Assembly (NCBI GenBank): GCA_902594815.1 | Contig: CACJNL010000006.1 | Location: 349-64,348, forward strand | DNA from: an uncultured Alphaproteobacteria bacterium | Lineage (GTDB): Bacteria; Pseudomonadota; Alphaproteobacteria; HIMB59; GCA-002718135 | Reading direction: 5' to 3' | DNA: 64,000 nt | Shown: piece by piece, positions 62,681-64,000 of the stretch | How positions within the stretch are numbered: the first letter of the stretch is position 1 | How the letters are laid out: each line of letters starts with the position of its first letter | Program-made: the position numbers and the translations under genes | The notes under the pieces: generated by a model | What the model was told of the DNA's origin: nothing | Databases searched by the model: none | Seen by the model: only the letters and a program-made list of their open reading frames with translations

Positions 62681-63494
62681 AAGATTTCCTTTAACATTGA
62701 TAGTGGTTCTCATAGCAGCATTAATATGGTCTATTCCATTTTGGTGGATATTATCTCTTTCTTTTCAACCAAATGATATTCTTCAAAAAACTACCTCAAA
62801 TACTGCACTTGGTTTTATTCCATTTCCTTTCACGTTTGAAAACTATTATTTATTATGGGGGCAAAGTTTTTTTGATTGGTTTATCAATAGTGCGATAATT
62901 GCAGTGACAATGACTGTATTAGCTACAATCTTATGTTCTTTATCTGGTTATGCTTTTGCAAGAATAGATTTTGTTGGAAAAAAAATAATATATCCTATTG
63001 TATTAGCAGGTTTGATGATACCAGGTGAGTTACTTTTCATACCTCTTTTTACTCAATTTAGTAGTTTGGGCTTAAATAATTCTTTTACTGGTTTAATTCT
63101 TCCAAGATTAGCTGTCCCATTCGGTGTATTTATCATGACTCAATATTATAAAGGTGTTCCAAACGAAATTGAAGAAGCTGCTATTATTGATGGAGCTAAT
63201 AGATTTCAAATATGGTATAGAATTATGGTTCCTTTATCAATTCCAGCAATGATAACAGTGGCAATAGTTACATTTGGATTTGCTTGGAATGATTACTTAT
63301 GGCCACTAATATCACTTTCAGCTCAGGATATGAGAACCTTACAGGTTGGTATTGCTCTCCAAATTGGAGCTAGAATGCAAGAATATATGGGGACATCACT
63401 TGCAGGTGTTATTATTTCATCAGTACCAACAATTATTCTGCTTATTTATTTTCAAAAATATTTGCTTCGCGGATTTGCAATAGGCTCAAAATAA
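62673..63494 (+). CDS. carbohydrate ABC transporter permease (MalG/UgpE type)
   Basis: EAA loop EAAIIDGANRFQIWYRIMVPL. Start set at ATG 62673 (MSKRFPLTLIVV), overlapping the upstream stop by 8 nt. Confidence 0.8.
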   Translation: MSKRFPLTLIVVLIAALIWSIPFWWILSLSFQPNDILQKTTSNTALGFIPFPFTFENYYLLWGQSFFDWFINSAIIAVTMTVLATILCSLSGYAFARIDFVGKKIIYPIVLAGLMIPGELLFIPLFTQFSSLGLNNSFTGLILPRLAVPFGVFIMTQYYKGVPNEIEEAAIIDGANRFQIWYRIMVPLSIPAMITVAIVTFGFAWNDYLWPLISLSAQDMRTLQVGIALQIGARMQEYMGTSLAGVIISSVPTIILLIYFQKYLLRGFAIGSK

Positions 63495-63530
63495 ATACAC
63501 ACTCTAAATTTATACTATTTACGACTAAGT

Positions 63531-63557
63531 AGATTGTTGAGGGTTCTGGTCATAAGG
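63531..63557 (+). repeat. right copy of the 27-nt imperfect direct repeat bracketing the carbohydrate island
   Basis: See the left copy at 57252-57278. Lies 27 nt beyond the stop of the minus-strand dehydrogenase gene. Confidence 0.75.
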
Positions 63558-63583
63558 TTTTTTTTACAAATATCTTTTACAGA

Positions 63584-64000
63584 TTATGTTTCCTCGTTTG
63601 CATGTTTTGCTTCCCAAGGCGCAGTCCAATCACCTTTGACGCGTAAATCTATATTTGCATCTTCTTCAATTAATTTACATACAGTCATTTCTCCAGCCTC
63701 TTTACCATATCGATCTTTTGCTTCTTGAAAACGATTATGACATGCTTGTGTTAATTCTGAACGTGTACCATGTTCGTTGATTAAATCTTGAATTAAGTCT
63801 AAATCTTTTAACGCTAATTCAACACGAAATGATGGATCATAATGACCAGCAAAGATTGAGGGCACATCATGTTGCATAACAAAACTATCTGCTGCTCCAC
63901 CTTTCATCACTTGCCACCACAAATCTGGTTCTAATCCTGCTTTTTTTGCAAGCACCATTGCCTCTCCAATCGCTGCTGCATTAATTTTCCAAAGCTGATT
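63584..64000 (-). CDS. 3-hydroxyisobutyrate dehydrogenase / beta-hydroxyacid dehydrogenase family protein, C-terminal part (5' end outside window)
   Basis: The frame is open to the window edge. AAIGEAMVLAKKAGLEPDLWWQVMKGGAADSF...LALKDLDL is typical of the HIBADH/6PGDH NAD-binding-2 C-terminal domain. Confidence 0.7.
   Translation of the reverse strand, partial: NQLWKINAAAIGEAMVLAKKAGLEPDLWWQVMKGGAADSFVMQHDVPSIFAGHYDPSFRVELALKDLDLIQDLINEHGTRSELTQACHNRFQEAKDRYGKEAGEMTVCKLIEEDANIDLRVKGDWTAPWEAKHANEET

Noticed and set aside
63534-63728. 64-aa plus-strand ORF starting inside the right repeat copy, and the analogous 18-codon ORF at 57275-57328 next to the left copy.
   Set aside because: The left and right copies do not conserve a start codon or reading frame (ATG in one, AAG in the other). 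The right ORF is antisense to the dehydrogenase gene. The differences between copies show no synonymous bias.

Overview
AT-rich, very compact bacterial chromosome segment. By inference it comes from a streamlined alphaproteobacterium of the SAR11/Pelagibacterales type. Supporting signs are RegB/RegA and ChvG/ChvI-like two-component pairs, rpsT-dnaA linkage, a fabA-fabB pair, the trpFBA-accD-folC order, no rpoN after lptB, and many gene overlaps of 1-14 nt.

I can support 59 protein-coding genes. I found no rRNA, tRNA, CRISPR array, transposase or integrase.

Most of the window is core housekeeping:
- infB-rbfA-truB-rpsO-pnp
- fabI/fabB/fabA, coaBC, ubiE, mutM
- rpsT-dnaA-dnaN-recF-gyrB and polA
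- an nrdA-nrdB-glutaredoxin operon
- ahcY-metK
- a 13 kb single-strand block running folC-accD-trpABF-pyrF-ihfB-rpsA-cmk-aroA-lptBAC-kdsD
- gltD-gltB

I do not see a convincing wholly novel multi-gene system. The observations most worth a second look are:
1. A 6.2 kb carbohydrate island at 57.3-63.5 kb holds a cytoplasmic GH2 glycosidase, a solute-binding protein, a LacI regulator and two ABC permeases, but no ATPase. It is bracketed by an imperfect 27-nt direct repeat (23/27 identical).
2. A eukaryote-like RNR small subunit carries Glu instead of Asp at the first metal-ligand position. Its NrdA partner has tandem ATP-cones, and a candidate NrdR operator lies upstream.
3. Four single-nucleotide homopolymer indels break essential genes (pnp, rpsT, dnaA twice), and a GDPD gene has no canonical start. 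All five lie in the first 13 kb.
4. An ABC ATPase is translationally coupled to a Wzy_C/O-antigen-ligase-type membrane protein, opposite a polyprenyl-phosphate-type GT2 that is fused into the regBA operon.
5. Packing is extreme. The ubiE and mutM start codons are 3 bp apart, and several convergent gene pairs have overlapping stop codons.

All functional calls rest on reading the translated ORFs against remembered family motifs and on conserved gene order. No database search was run.
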